Source of the DNA: Chthonomonadales bacterium
Lineage (GTDB): Bacteria; Armatimonadota; Chthonomonadetes; Chthonomonadales; CAJBBX01
Reading direction: 5' to 3'
DNA: 64,000 nucleotides
NCBI GenBank assembly: GCA_037443035.1
Contig: JBBIPC010000017.1
Location: forward strand, 26,060-90,059
Both the position numbers and the translations under genes were made by a program. Shown piece after piece: positions 40,183 through 50,569 of the stretch (positions are counted from its first letter, which is position 1; the number at the start of each line of letters is the position of its first letter). The notes under the pieces were generated by a model. The model was not told where the DNA came from, ran no database searches, and saw nothing but the letters and a program-made list of their open reading frames with translations.

Positions 40183-41232
40183 ATGCCTGTTGGAGTGGAC
40201 GCCTACGTGCAGGACGCCCGGACCTGGCTTCCAGAGGTTCTGAACAGGATTCCGAGCCTCCGTGTTGCTGTCGTCGGGGATTTCTTCCTCGACAAGTACT
40301 TGGTCATCGATCCCGCATTGGCCGAGGTCTCTCTGGAGACCGGGAAGACTGCACACCAGGTGGTAGGAGTACGCTCGAGCCCCGGTGCAGCCGGCACGGT
40401 CATGAACAATCTGAGCGCCCTGGGCGTAGGCAGACTGGAAGCCGTCGGTGTTATCGGCCAGGACGGAGAGGGCTATGAGTTGCGTCGTGGCTTGGAACAG
40501 GCACGCGTGGGCATGGACGGCCTTGTCGGAAGCCCGTCGCGATTCACCCCGACATACACGAAGCCCATGCTCCGGCAGGCCGACCGCGAGGAGGAGATGG
40601 AGCGGTTGGACATCAAGAACCGGTCCCCGCTGCCGGCGGAACTCGAGGAGCTGGTGCTGGAGAACGTGCGGAGGCTAGTGGTCGGCGAGAAGTTCCACGC
40701 CATCATGATCGCCGATCAAGTGCAAGAGGCGAACTGCGGCGTCATCACGGAGCGTGTGCGGGCAGGTCTTCAGCGTCTTGCACAAGAGCACCCCGAGACA
40801 TTGGTCTTCGCCGACTCGCGGGTCCGCATTGGCGCATTTCGCGATGTGATCGTCAAGCCCAATCGTCTCGAAGCAGCCAGTGCCATGGGATACGCTGAGG
40901 AACGCATGCCAGACCTGGCAGAAACCGGCGTATTCGGTCAATCACTGGCGCGACGCAATGGGCGCCCTGTATTCATCACCCTGGGCGGTGACGGGATCAT
41001 GGCCTGCACCGCGAGTACAGTGGCGCACATTCCAGCATTGCCGCCGCGAGGACCGATAGATATTGTGGGTGCGGGCGATAGCGCCTCTGCAGGTATCACC
41101 TGCGCCCTCTGTGCCGGGGCTACGGTCGAGCAGGCGGCGCTCATGGGCAATCTGTGTGCCAGCGTGACCATTCATAAGCTGGGTACGACCGGCACAGCAT
41201 CGCCGGAGGAACTGCTGAATCTGCTCGCCTAG
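40183..41232 (+). CDS. PfkB-family carbohydrate kinase (HldE/RfaE kinase-like)
   Basis: VVGDFFLDKY, PGAAG.V..NL, KPN, DIVGAGD. Confidence 0.85.
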   Translation: MPVGVDAYVQDARTWLPEVLNRIPSLRVAVVGDFFLDKYLVIDPALAEVSLETGKTAHQVVGVRSSPGAAGTVMNNLSALGVGRLEAVGVIGQDGEGYELRRGLEQARVGMDGLVGSPSRFTPTYTKPMLRQADREEEMERLDIKNRSPLPAELEELVLENVRRLVVGEKFHAIMIADQVQEANCGVITERVRAGLQRLAQEHPETLVFADSRVRIGAFRDVIVKPNRLEAASAMGYAEERMPDLAETGVFGQSLARRNGRPVFITLGGDGIMACTASTVAHIPALPPRGPIDIVGAGDSASAGITCALCAGATVEQAALMGNLCASVTIHKLGTTGTASPEELLNLLA

Positions 41233-41328
41233 TCGCCTGCAGGTATAATACCGGAGACCCCACATATGGCCGCCCACGGCGACGGCGAAGGAGCCTGTCG
41301 TGTGATGGGCGGTGCCACGGAGCAAGTC

Positions 41329-42939
41329 ATGCAGAACCTCGGAGTGAACCCCAGCAGGCACGGCCTGGAGAACCACGGTATCAAGGATGCTCTGTTCGTT
41401 CACTGGAATCTCGGTACCGCGGCACTTATCGAAAACGCTCTTTCCCAGCGCGAGGGTCTCCTCGCGGCAGGTGGTGCCTTTGTTGTGCGCACCGGTCTGC
41501 ACACGGGCCGGTCGCCGCGAGACAAGTTCGTGGTCAAAACGCCTGGTCTTGAGGACGACATCTGGTGGGGCGAAGTGAACCAGCCCATGGCTCCTCATCA
41601 GTTCGATCTTCTCTACCGGCGCGCGCTAGCGTACCTCCAGGACAAACGTCTCTACGTGCAGGACTGCTTCGCGGGAGCCGATCTCAGATACCGAATCCCC
41701 ATTCGTGTCATCACTCAGTTCGCGTGGCACTCACTGTTCGCTCGGCAGCTCTTCGTACGTCCCGACTGGACGAAGACCGGCGACCATGTGCCGGATTTCG
41801 TCATTCTGTCCGTGCCCGGGTTCCATGCTGACCCGGAGGTGGACGGCACGCATTCGGAAGCCTACATCTGTGTCAACTTCGACAAACGGATCGTTCTCAT
41901 CGGTGGCACCGAGTATGCGGGCGAGATGAAGAAATCCGTCTTCACCATCATGAACTACCTCCTTCCCGCCAAGGGTGTACTATCCATGCACTGCTCGGCG
42001 AACATGGGACCTGCCGGCGATGTCGCCCTGTTCTTCGGGCTGAGTGGCACCGGCAAGACCACGCTTTCGGCAGACCCTGAGCGGCGGCTCATTGGCGACG
42101 ACGAGCACGGGTGGAGCGACGACGGGATCTTCAACTTCGAGGGTGGGTGCTACGCAAAGTGTATCCATCTCTCCAAGGAGGCTGAGCCCCAGATCTGGGA
42201 TGCAATCAGGTTCGGCACCGTGTTGGAGAACGTTGCGATCAACCTCTCGACGCGGCTGCTCGACTTCGACGACGACACACTCACGGAGAACACCAGGGCG
42301 GCCTTCCCTCTGACGTTCATCGCAGACTCGGTTCGACCTTCCGTCGGCGGGCATCCCAGGAACGTGTTCTTCTTGACCTGCGATTCCTTCGGTGTGCTGC
42401 CCCCCATATCGCGCCTTACGCCGGCGCAGGCCCGGTATCATTTCATTTCTGGCTATACCGCCAAGGTGGCGGGCACCGAGGCTGGCATCCAGGAGCCGTC
42501 CGCTACGTTCAGCACATGCTTCGGAGCTCCATTCCTGCCGCGGCATCCAACTGTCTACTCGAAGATGCTCGGTGAGAAGCTTGCCCGTCACGGGGCACGG
42601 ACGTGGCTGGTGAATACGGGTTGGACCGGTGGGCCATACGGCGTTGGCAAGCGTATCGGCATCAAGGAGACGCGAGCGCTGATTGCTGCTGCTATCTCGG
42701 GTGCGCTGGATACGGTGCCATACCGAAAACACCCTGTATTCGACTTGGATGTGCCAACCGAGTGCCCGGGAGTGCCAGCAGCGATCCTCTCACCACGCGA
42801 TACGTGGGAAGACAAGGCCGCCTACGACCGGACGCTTCGACGGGTCGCGCAGCTCTTCGTAGAGAACTTCAAGAAGTTCGAGGCTGAGGCGCTGCCGGAT
42901 ACGCTTGCTGCCGGGCCCAGACTCGACGGAAGCATCTAG
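41329..42939 (+). CDS. pckA: phosphoenolpyruvate carboxykinase (ATP)
   Basis: TGRSPRDKF, YAGEMKKS, GLSGTGKTTLSAD, IGDDEHGW, NFEGGCYAK. Start may instead be 41266. Confidence 0.96.
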   Translation: MQNLGVNPSRHGLENHGIKDALFVHWNLGTAALIENALSQREGLLAAGGAFVVRTGLHTGRSPRDKFVVKTPGLEDDIWWGEVNQPMAPHQFDLLYRRALAYLQDKRLYVQDCFAGADLRYRIPIRVITQFAWHSLFARQLFVRPDWTKTGDHVPDFVILSVPGFHADPEVDGTHSEAYICVNFDKRIVLIGGTEYAGEMKKSVFTIMNYLLPAKGVLSMHCSANMGPAGDVALFFGLSGTGKTTLSADPERRLIGDDEHGWSDDGIFNFEGGCYAKCIHLSKEAEPQIWDAIRFGTVLENVAINLSTRLLDFDDDTLTENTRAAFPLTFIADSVRPSVGGHPRNVFFLTCDSFGVLPPISRLTPAQARYHFISGYTAKVAGTEAGIQEPSATFSTCFGAPFLPRHPTVYSKMLGEKLARHGARTWLVNTGWTGGPYGVGKRIGIKETRALIAAAISGALDTVPYRKHPVFDLDVPTECPGVPAAILSPRDTWEDKAAYDRTLRRVAQLFVENFKKFEAEALPDTLAAGPRLDGSI

Positions 42940-44633
42940 CGCCCTCTGCCGGTAAGCTGACGGATACACTGAACTTCGGTCGGATCGTAAGGACTGCCGT
43001 CAGGTTTCAAGAGGTCGTGGAACCATATCTGGGGTTCGGGAGCGCCTGGCGGCGAACCCCACGGGTAGATCGTCTGCGTCTTGCCTGCCACGAGACCCCA
43101 TTGGATGCACCCTACGTTATTCTCCTTGAAGATGGGCAGATGCGTAGGGATCGTGCTGGTAGGCCGCGCCATCCATTCGGTACAGAGGAGCGGCCTGCCG
43201 TAGCGCCTGAGGTCGTCAATCTGCCGCCGCAGGGCGTCAGCGTCGCCGTAGCAGTGAAACGTGACGATGTCCGAATGCAGGATCTGGAAGCCATTCAGAC
43301 GAGCATCGTCCATCCACACTCCCGCGGAGAGTGGTTGCACCGGCCGAACCTCTCGGGCCCACTGAAAAGCACGGCGCAGTAGCGGGAGGGATCGAATGCC
43401 CTGCCCGCCGTTGCCAGGCTCGTTGTAGAGATCCCAAAGCAGGATGCGCCTATCATTCCGGAAGCTGCCGATCACGTCCTTCACATAGGCTTCGAGACGA
43501 TCCCATCTCGTTGCATCGTTTACCACGTCAGCGCCGGGGCTCTGCAACCACCTCGAGTTGTGGACGCCCGGAGTGGGTGGTTCTTGGGGACCGGCATGTG
43601 GAACAGGATTCCAGCAATCGTCGAAGAGAACGAATACGACCCGGATTCCGTGGGCGGACGCTATCGCCAGAAACTGCCGAACGCGGTCCCGGAAGCCTGC
43701 TGGGTCTATCGTCCAAGCGAGGTCATGGAGGTAGACACGCCCGACGTTCATTCCAACGCTCGCAGCCCAGCCCAGCTCCCTGTCCACGGTCGCTGCATCG
43801 AAAGTCTCCGCCTGCCACATCTCGAGCTGATTCGACGCCGTGCTCGGAATGAAGTTGCAGCCTACGAGCCATGGCAGACCTGCATACCACTTCGTTGCTC
43901 GTTCCGGCGTCCACTGACCGGCTAGGAGGTCTCTTGCGTTCTCCTCCTCGAACCGAAGAAAGCCGAAGCGCTCCGGGACATGATAATCTGCGGGCTTCTT
44001 CAGTGTGGGAGACCATGCCTGGTAGACATCCCGAGCACCGCGGTCAATGCGGTAGAAATTGACGCGCCATTCCGTGCCGGGCACAGGCCGTGCCTCGGGC
44101 GGCAAGCACTCGAAGGGGATGGCGAGTTCTACGGTCCACGTGCCGCCGGGACCTCGGACTGCGCGCTCGACCGGTGCCGTCGTGTGAACCGGCGCGTCGG
44201 CATGAACAGCGGTCTCCATGCCCGGCCAGGACCAGTCGAGGTCGGTGCTCATGGTGCGCCGGTGCAGGTCCGGACTGTGTATGGCTGCGTCGAAGACCAC
44301 GTTGCGAGGGCTGATTTCGATCTCGTAGTAGCGTGACAGAACGCCTGTGGGGCAGAGGAAAACCTCCACGACCTCCTCATCGTACAGCGGGTCGTCGTGT
44401 CGAGCAAGCGTTCCCCAGATGTCATCATCCTCGCATTCGAAAGCCAGGTAGAGATGACTCTCTGTCCAGCAAGCGCGCACGGTGGTCAAAGGAGCGACCG
44501 TTCGTCCGTTGGACGCATCGGCAAGTCGCACTCTGGGCGTCAGCAACCAGGTCTCTTCATCGAGACGGCCATCCACGCGCATGGTCTCCGTGGTACGAAC
44601 GCACTGGTAGACTGGAGGATAGGTTGCTATCAT
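42936..44633 (-). CDS. CBM9-like domain fused to a GH5-like (clan GH-A) glycoside hydrolase
   Basis: N-terminal VDGRLDE..W, LYLAF, VEVFL, WTVELAIPF, WRVNFYR; C-terminal GCNFIPSTASNQLEMWQ, WDLYNEP (acid/base) and CTEW (nucleophile). Confidence 0.82.
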   Translation of the reverse strand: MIATYPPVYQCVRTTETMRVDGRLDEETWLLTPRVRLADASNGRTVAPLTTVRACWTESHLYLAFECEDDDIWGTLARHDDPLYDEEVVEVFLCPTGVLSRYYEIEISPRNVVFDAAIHSPDLHRRTMSTDLDWSWPGMETAVHADAPVHTTAPVERAVRGPGGTWTVELAIPFECLPPEARPVPGTEWRVNFYRIDRGARDVYQAWSPTLKKPADYHVPERFGFLRFEEENARDLLAGQWTPERATKWYAGLPWLVGCNFIPSTASNQLEMWQAETFDAATVDRELGWAASVGMNVGRVYLHDLAWTIDPAGFRDRVRQFLAIASAHGIRVVFVLFDDCWNPVPHAGPQEPPTPGVHNSRWLQSPGADVVNDATRWDRLEAYVKDVIGSFRNDRRILLWDLYNEPGNGGQGIRSLPLLRRAFQWAREVRPVQPLSAGVWMDDARLNGFQILHSDIVTFHCYGDADALRRQIDDLRRYGRPLLCTEWMARPTSTIPTHLPIFKENNVGCIQWGLVAGKTQTIYPWGSPPGAPEPQIWFHDLLKPDGSPYDPTEVQCIRQLTGRGR

Positions 44634-46129
44634 GTGCCGACCTCCTGCGGGTTCGGTGCACGGCGACTCGCACGACGTTCACGCAGGTAGGAGAAGAACT
44701 CGCGTCCTTCCCTGAGCCGCCGGACAGCCATGTGTGGATCGCCCGCCATCTCTCGAACGATGCGGAGGATGGGTTTGAGCCGGAAGTAGAAGCGCCGGTA
44801 CATGCGTTCTACAGCCTCTTCCATTTCGTCCGGCGTCAAGTGGGGGTACCGCAGGACGGATGACTGGATCCCGCTGCCTGATACGAGCGTCCCACCGGCA
44901 AGCCACCCGTTCGCTTCCGCCTGCCTGTAGAGCTCCGTACCAGGATACGGCGCAGCAATGGAGACCTGGATGGTGTGTGGGTCGAGTTCCTGGGCGAACC
45001 GGATGGTTTCTTCGATGGTCTCTCTCGTCTCCAATGGCAGGCCTATGATGAAGGTGCCATGAACCTTGATCCCCAGCTTGTGGCAGTTCCGCATGAAGTC
45101 CCTGGCCATCTCGAGCCGCAGCCCTTTGCGAATGCGATTGAGTATCTCTTGATTGCCGCTCTCGAAACCTACCAGAAGCAGGCGGAGGCCGTTCTCTTTG
45201 AGCTGCCTCAAGGTGTCGTAGTCCAGGTGCGCTCGAGCGTTGCAGGACCAGGTGAGCTTCAGCCGTTTCAGTCCTTTGCTAATGGCGATGGCGCGCTCCT
45301 TGTCAATGGTGAAGGTGTCGTCGTCGAACATCCATTCGCGTACTTCGGGGAAGAGGTCCTTACCTTCTTCCATCTCACGAATGACCACATCCGGCGACTT
45401 GGCACGGTACCGATGCCCCCCGATAGTCTGTGGCCAGAGGCAGAAAGTGCACTTCGCAGGACAGCCGCGACCCGTGTAGAAGCTGATGTACGGATGCAGG
45501 AGATATCCGATGGCGTACCGCCGGATGTCCAGGTCGCGCCGATAGACTGGCAAGACGCTCGGCATGGTGTTCCAGTCTTGAACCGGTTCGCGTTCTGGCG
45601 TGTGGCGTATGCTGCCATCCGGTGCCCGATAGCTTAGTCCGGCGATGGTCTCGAAGGGTCGGCCCTGTGCGAGTTCCAGGCACGTGAAGTCGAATTCGGC
45701 TCGGCACACGAAATCCAGCGCAGGGGCCTGACGCAGCGTTTCCTCGGGGAGTACTGCAGCGTGGGCGCCTATGAAGCCCACCAAAGTCGCCGGATTCCGC
45801 TCTTTGATGGCGGCCGCACAAGCCGCGTCATTCAACAGCGACGGAGTGCTGGTGTGCATGATGACGAGATCGTAGTCCGCTGCGATCTCGAGCACGTCCT
45901 GAACCGAGAGACCATGGGGTGGCGCGTCTAGCAGCCTGCTTCCCGGAACTAGCGCCGCCGGCTGCGCGAGCCACGTCGGGTACCAGAAACTCGTGATCTC
46001 CCGACGGGCCTGGTAACGCGAACCTGCGCCCCCGTCGAAACCTTCGAAGGAAGGCGGACCTAGGAATAGGGTACGCCGAACGACCGATGCTGAAGACGTC
46101 TCTGGAACGCGCAACGGCACAGTGCTCAT
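44630..46129 (-). CDS. hpnJ: HpnJ-like B12-binding radical SAM protein
   Basis: PPSFEGFDGGAGSRYQARREITSFWYPTWLAQPAAL, GRGCPAKCTFCLWPQTIGGHRYR, HTIQVSIAAPYPGT. Start overlaps the upstream stop. Confidence 0.85.
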   Translation of the reverse strand: MSTVPLRVPETSSASVVRRTLFLGPPSFEGFDGGAGSRYQARREITSFWYPTWLAQPAALVPGSRLLDAPPHGLSVQDVLEIAADYDLVIMHTSTPSLLNDAACAAAIKERNPATLVGFIGAHAAVLPEETLRQAPALDFVCRAEFDFTCLELAQGRPFETIAGLSYRAPDGSIRHTPEREPVQDWNTMPSVLPVYRRDLDIRRYAIGYLLHPYISFYTGRGCPAKCTFCLWPQTIGGHRYRAKSPDVVIREMEEGKDLFPEVREWMFDDDTFTIDKERAIAISKGLKRLKLTWSCNARAHLDYDTLRQLKENGLRLLLVGFESGNQEILNRIRKGLRLEMARDFMRNCHKLGIKVHGTFIIGLPLETRETIEETIRFAQELDPHTIQVSIAAPYPGTELYRQAEANGWLAGGTLVSGSGIQSSVLRYPHLTPDEMEEAVERMYRRFYFRLKPILRIVREMAGDPHMAVRRLREGREFFSYLRERRASRRAPNPQEVGT

Positions 46130-47283
46130 AGGTCCAGGCCGCCAGGAGGTGGAGGAACCTCTACGGGGACACCACCGTTGCGCAACGAGTACGCACCTGC
46201 ACAGCCTGTCGCAACGCTCATCCGGCCCGCCAGTGGTGTGGCTACCGGTTCCTTGCCGTCCAGAATCATGTCGAGAAAGTCCTCGCAAATGACGGGATCC
46301 GCGCCTCCGTGGCCCCCTGCCGACGGTTTGACAATGTAGTCGCGATCCGCCAGTTCACGGTACGTGTTGGATCGGCGCGTCTTCACCCATACGCGCATGT
46401 CGGGTTCGGAGTTCTCGACACGGCCCTCGGTCCCGATGAAGACGTAGTTGCGGTGATAGTCCGGTGTGAAATGGCACTGCAGGTAGGCTGCCTTGATGCC
46501 TCCGCCCAGTTCCATGATCATGACCTGATTATCTTCGACGTCCACTTCCTGGCGGAATGCACACTGGCGTCGGGAGCTATGTGGTTGCGCTTCGGTACAT
46601 GTACGCACATCGGGGCACGTGTCGCAGGTCAGGTCGTTGGACCTGTCCCCGCCGAAGTAGTCCAGGCTTCCGAATGCTGCCACGCGCTTTGTGTAGCGTC
46701 CTGTGATCCAGTGGATCATGTCAATGTCATGCGATCCCTTTTGGAGCAGCAAGGAGGTCGTGTTGCGGCGGCTGGCATGCCAGTCGTGATAATAGAAGTC
46801 ACCGCCGTAACCAACAAAATGCCGAACCCAGACGGCCTTGACCTCCCCAATGGCGCCGCTGTCCACGATCTCTTTCACCACCCGGAAGATGCTCATGTAG
46901 CGCATATTGAACCCGATCATCATCTGCTTGCCCGAGCGCTGCCAGGTCGTCAGGACGCGGTCGCAACCCTCTGTCGTAATGGCCATGGGCTTCTCGAGAA
47001 AGACGTGCTTGCCGGCCTCGAGAGCAGCAACGGCATGTTCTTCGTGGCAGTAGTCCGGCGAGCATACAGCGACGGCATCCACGTCCGGCCGTGCCAGGAG
47101 TTCGCGGTAGTCGGTCGTAACGAATGGGTCCATGCCGTTCGCCGACCGAAAGGCGTCCAGAGCACTTGTTGACACATCAGCACCCGCCACCACAACGGAC
47201 CTGCCGTCGTTCGGCCGGTGCCAGTGGTGCCACAGACCGCCTCGGCCTCCCACGCCTATCATGCCTATTCTAAGAGGTTCCAT
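46126..47283 (-). CDS. Gfo/Idh/MocA family oxidoreductase
   Basis: IGMIGVGGRG, GKHVFLEKP, GFNMRY, KGSHDID. Confidence 0.92.
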   Translation of the reverse strand: MEPLRIGMIGVGGRGGLWHHWHRPNDGRSVVVAGADVSTSALDAFRSANGMDPFVTTDYRELLARPDVDAVAVCSPDYCHEEHAVAALEAGKHVFLEKPMAITTEGCDRVLTTWQRSGKQMMIGFNMRYMSIFRVVKEIVDSGAIGEVKAVWVRHFVGYGGDFYYHDWHASRRNTTSLLLQKGSHDIDMIHWITGRYTKRVAAFGSLDYFGGDRSNDLTCDTCPDVRTCTEAQPHSSRRQCAFRQEVDVEDNQVMIMELGGGIKAAYLQCHFTPDYHRNYVFIGTEGRVENSEPDMRVWVKTRRSNTYRELADRDYIVKPSAGGHGGADPVICEDFLDMILDGKEPVATPLAGRMSVATGCAGAYSLRNGGVPVEVPPPPGGLDL

Positions 47284-47310
47284 GGAGTCCGTTAATCCCT
47301 TTCGTGCATT

Positions 47311-50300
47311 CTAGTGGGCAGCTCTCCCACTGCCTCGCCTGCCGTCGCGCCTGCTTGGTCGCGTGTCATGCCCTATGAATGTACCGCCAGGAGCACCGGT
47401 CGCAATCGTGTAGGCGCAAGGAATGACAATCAGTGTAAGTACAGAGGACACGAGAAGGCCACCGATGACCACGATTGCCATGGGAGCTCGAAGCTCCGAG
47501 GCGGTGCCGATTCGAAGCGCGACCGGAAGCATGCCGAAGAGGGTAGCGAGGGTCGTCATGAGAATCGGTCTCAGACGAGTAGCCCCTGCCTCCACAGCAG
47601 CCTCTGCTGGCGAAAGACCGCGGGCCCTGAGTGTGTTCGCATAGTCCACCAGCAGGATCGCGTTCCTTCCCATGAGGCCAACGAGCATGATGATGCCTAT
47701 GCCCGATACGAGGGACAGCGTCTCTCCCGTCAGCGCTAGCGCCGCCAAGCCGCCGATGAGGGCCATGGGCAGTGTCAGCATGATGATCAGCGGATAGAGC
47801 ATCGAGTTGAAAAGTGCAGCCATGACGAGGTACACGAGCACGACGGCGAGAGTAAGGGCGAGCACGAAGTGGGGGACGTTTTCCTCCATGACGCCGCTCT
47901 CACCGCCGAACGTCATCTCTACACCCTTCGGTAGCTTCCCGTGAACAGCTTCCTCGATAGAAGCTCGGACAGTGCCCAGCGCGCTGCCTGGAGCCAAGCC
48001 GGCGGTAACGGTCGCAAGGCGGTCCCCGTCGAGGCGCGTGACAGACGCCGGACTAGGGCGTCGAACGAGGCGTGCCACATCTCCCACGAGAACGGCGCGC
48101 TGGTGACTATATCCGATGGGTACCATGGCGAGCAGGTCCTGCGAGTGAAGATACTCCTCGGCAACACTTATGCGAACAGGCACGTTTTCGTCCTCCAGGT
48201 GGAGGTAACCGACGTTGGCACCCGCCATGGCGTCCCGCAGGATGGCCCCCGCTTGGGCTGGCGGGATGTCAGCGGCAGCCGCCAGAGTCCGATCGAACTC
48301 CACCTGTAGTTCCTGTTGCGCTGTGCGCAGGGACATGTCTGGGTCCAAGACCTGGGGGAGCTTCGCGATGCTGTTTCGCACGATCGTCGCTGCCTGCGTC
48401 AGGCTCTCTAGGTCTCGCGAACGCAATTCGATCTGAACGTCGGGACCAACGTTGGCCACAGTGCGAATGGGTGCCACACGGATTCTCGCGTCGGTCACTC
48501 CGGCAAACGCCCTGCGCAGGTCGGCTGCAACGTCCTGGTCGCGACGTACCCGCAGACCACGTGCTGCTCTGCCGAAGCCCCACAGGTAGTGCTCGGTCCT
48601 GGCCCGTTCCCTTAGCCGCACGCTGACCTGGGCGTACTGTGAGCCACGCTGCGGGATGGCTCCGAAGCCTGCGACGATCTCTCCGACGGTGGTGAGATAG
48701 TGTTCGACATCCGGATCCGCCGCGATCTGCCGTTCCACACGCCGGGTCACGGCATCCGTCCGAGCCAGCGAGGTGCCAGGTGGTGTCTCCACGGTAACGG
48801 CGAGCTGCCCTTGATCGCTGGCAGGTAAGAACTCGAAGCCCAGAACAGGTATGGTCGTCAGGACTACGGCAGCCAAGACAACCGCGCTCCACCCTATGGC
48901 CCACCAACGACGCTCGAGCATGTATCGGAGTACGGTCCGATAGGCATCGAACGCCCTGGCGGAGTGATCCTCACGGTGCGCCATGAGCGTACGCCGTCCA
49001 TGCCAATGAGCCGAAAGCGTAGGTGTGATGGTGAAGGAGACCACCAGGGAGAAGAGCGTTGCGGCAGCCACGGTGAGACCGAACTCGCGGAAGAACGCCC
49101 CTACGATGCCGCCCATGAAGGCAATGGGCAAGAACACTACCACATCCGTGAGTGTCAGAGCGATGCTGGCGAACCCGATCTCAGTGCGTCCATTGAACGC
49201 TGCTTCCACCGGGGCTTCGCCCGAGCGGCGATGGCGCGTAATGCTCTCGAGGACGACGATGCTGTCATCCACGAGAATGCCGACGGACAGAGAAAGGGCT
49301 AGCAGCGTCATCTGGTTGAGGGTGAAGCCAGCGAAGTGCATGACGATGTAGGTCGCAAGAATGGAGGACGGGAGCGCCAGAGCGATGATGACCGTGCCGC
49401 GCAGGTCTCGGAGGAACACTAGCACGACAATGGTTGCCAGAAGGGCTCCTAGGACGAGCGTGAGGTTCACGTCATGGAGGGCATCACGGACGAACCTCGC
49501 TTCATCGCGTCCGATGACTACCTCCGTGCCTGGTGGCAGTGTGCTCCTCTGCGCAGTCTCGAGGATGAGCCGTGCCTCCTCTGCAACGGCGATGGCGTTG
49601 GCGTCTGGCGCTTTGGCGACTATGAGGGAGACAGATGGCTGACCATCGGCACGCGTCAGGACCGCGCCGCGCGCTGGTGCGACGACGACGTCAGCGACAT
49701 CCCCTACGAGCAATGGACCGGCGGATTTCGACCGGGCAGGCAGCCCAGGAAAGGGGATATCCGGGATGAACGAGTTGGCCATGAGCTGGAGGTTCAGGAT
49801 CTGCGCCTGGGCGATCTCCTCTGGCGAATGAAACTCCGCAGCGGTTCGTACGCCGATCTGTGTCGAGGCGTCCGTAAGATCGCCGGCGGGGATGTTACGA
49901 TGCGCACCGGAAATGGCGTTCACAACGTCCTGAACTGTAACACCCGCGTTGGCCATGCGCTGCGGATCGGCGAGCACACGTACCTCACGTGCTTCGCCGC
50001 CCGTCACCGTAACGGCCGCCACACCTTCGATGCGAAGGATCCGCGGCTTGAGCACCTTCTCCACGGCGGCCCGCACGGCTCGACTGCCAGCAGGCGAGGT
50101 GAGGGAGGCGTAGAGGACCGGCTGAGCGTTGATGTCCAGTTTAGCTACCGTGGGAGGCATGGCTTCTGAGGGCAAGGCAGGCCGCACTGTCTCAACCCGC
50201 TCGCGAACCTGGGCGAGAGCTTTGTCAACGTCCGTTCCTACCACGAAATCCAGACTCACGATGCTCACCGAGTCCTGGGAGCTGGAATACACATGCCGCA

Positions 50301-50529
50301 CACCACCGGCCGTACCGACTGCTTCTTCGATGCGTTCTGTGATCTGGGCTTCGACCTCACGAGGAGGTGCACCCGGATAGACGGTGACGACCGTTATCGT
50401 CGGTACAGAGGCCCGAGGGTTCAGCTCAGTTGGCAGCCGATAGTAGGCCACGAGCCCCAGGACTGCCACTGCGATCATGGCGGTCCAGATGACTACGGGA
50501 CGGCGGATGGCTAGGGCTGTCAGCCACAT
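47311..50529 (-). CDS. RND efflux transporter permease (AcrB family)
   Basis: AIRRPV start, GILVDDSIVVLE, RNAILLVD, RLRPILMTT. Confidence 0.93.
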   Translation of the reverse strand: MWLTALAIRRPVVIWTAMIAVAVLGLVAYYRLPTELNPRASVPTITVVTVYPGAPPREVEAQITERIEEAVGTAGGVRHVYSSSQDSVSIVSLDFVVGTDVDKALAQVRERVETVRPALPSEAMPPTVAKLDINAQPVLYASLTSPAGSRAVRAAVEKVLKPRILRIEGVAAVTVTGGEAREVRVLADPQRMANAGVTVQDVVNAISGAHRNIPAGDLTDASTQIGVRTAAEFHSPEEIAQAQILNLQLMANSFIPDIPFPGLPARSKSAGPLLVGDVADVVVAPARGAVLTRADGQPSVSLIVAKAPDANAIAVAEEARLILETAQRSTLPPGTEVVIGRDEARFVRDALHDVNLTLVLGALLATIVVLVFLRDLRGTVIIALALPSSILATYIVMHFAGFTLNQMTLLALSLSVGILVDDSIVVLESITRHRRSGEAPVEAAFNGRTEIGFASIALTLTDVVVFLPIAFMGGIVGAFFREFGLTVAAATLFSLVVSFTITPTLSAHWHGRRTLMAHREDHSARAFDAYRTVLRYMLERRWWAIGWSAVVLAAVVLTTIPVLGFEFLPASDQGQLAVTVETPPGTSLARTDAVTRRVERQIAADPDVEHYLTTVGEIVAGFGAIPQRGSQYAQVSVRLRERARTEHYLWGFGRAARGLRVRRDQDVAADLRRAFAGVTDARIRVAPIRTVANVGPDVQIELRSRDLESLTQAATIVRNSIAKLPQVLDPDMSLRTAQQELQVEFDRTLAAAADIPPAQAGAILRDAMAGANVGYLHLEDENVPVRISVAEEYLHSQDLLAMVPIGYSHQRAVLVGDVARLVRRPSPASVTRLDGDRLATVTAGLAPGSALGTVRASIEEAVHGKLPKGVEMTFGGESGVMEENVPHFVLALTLAVVLVYLVMAALFNSMLYPLIIMLTLPMALIGGLAALALTGETLSLVSGIGIIMLVGLMGRNAILLVDYANTLRARGLSPAEAAVEAGATRLRPILMTTLATLFGMLPVALRIGTASELRAPMAIVVIGGLLVSSVLTLIVIPCAYTIATGAPGGTFIGHDTRPSRRDGRRGSGRAAH

Positions 50530-50569
50530 GGCGCAGTGGTGAAGGTCGTCCCGCGGCTGGTGGTTTCCG

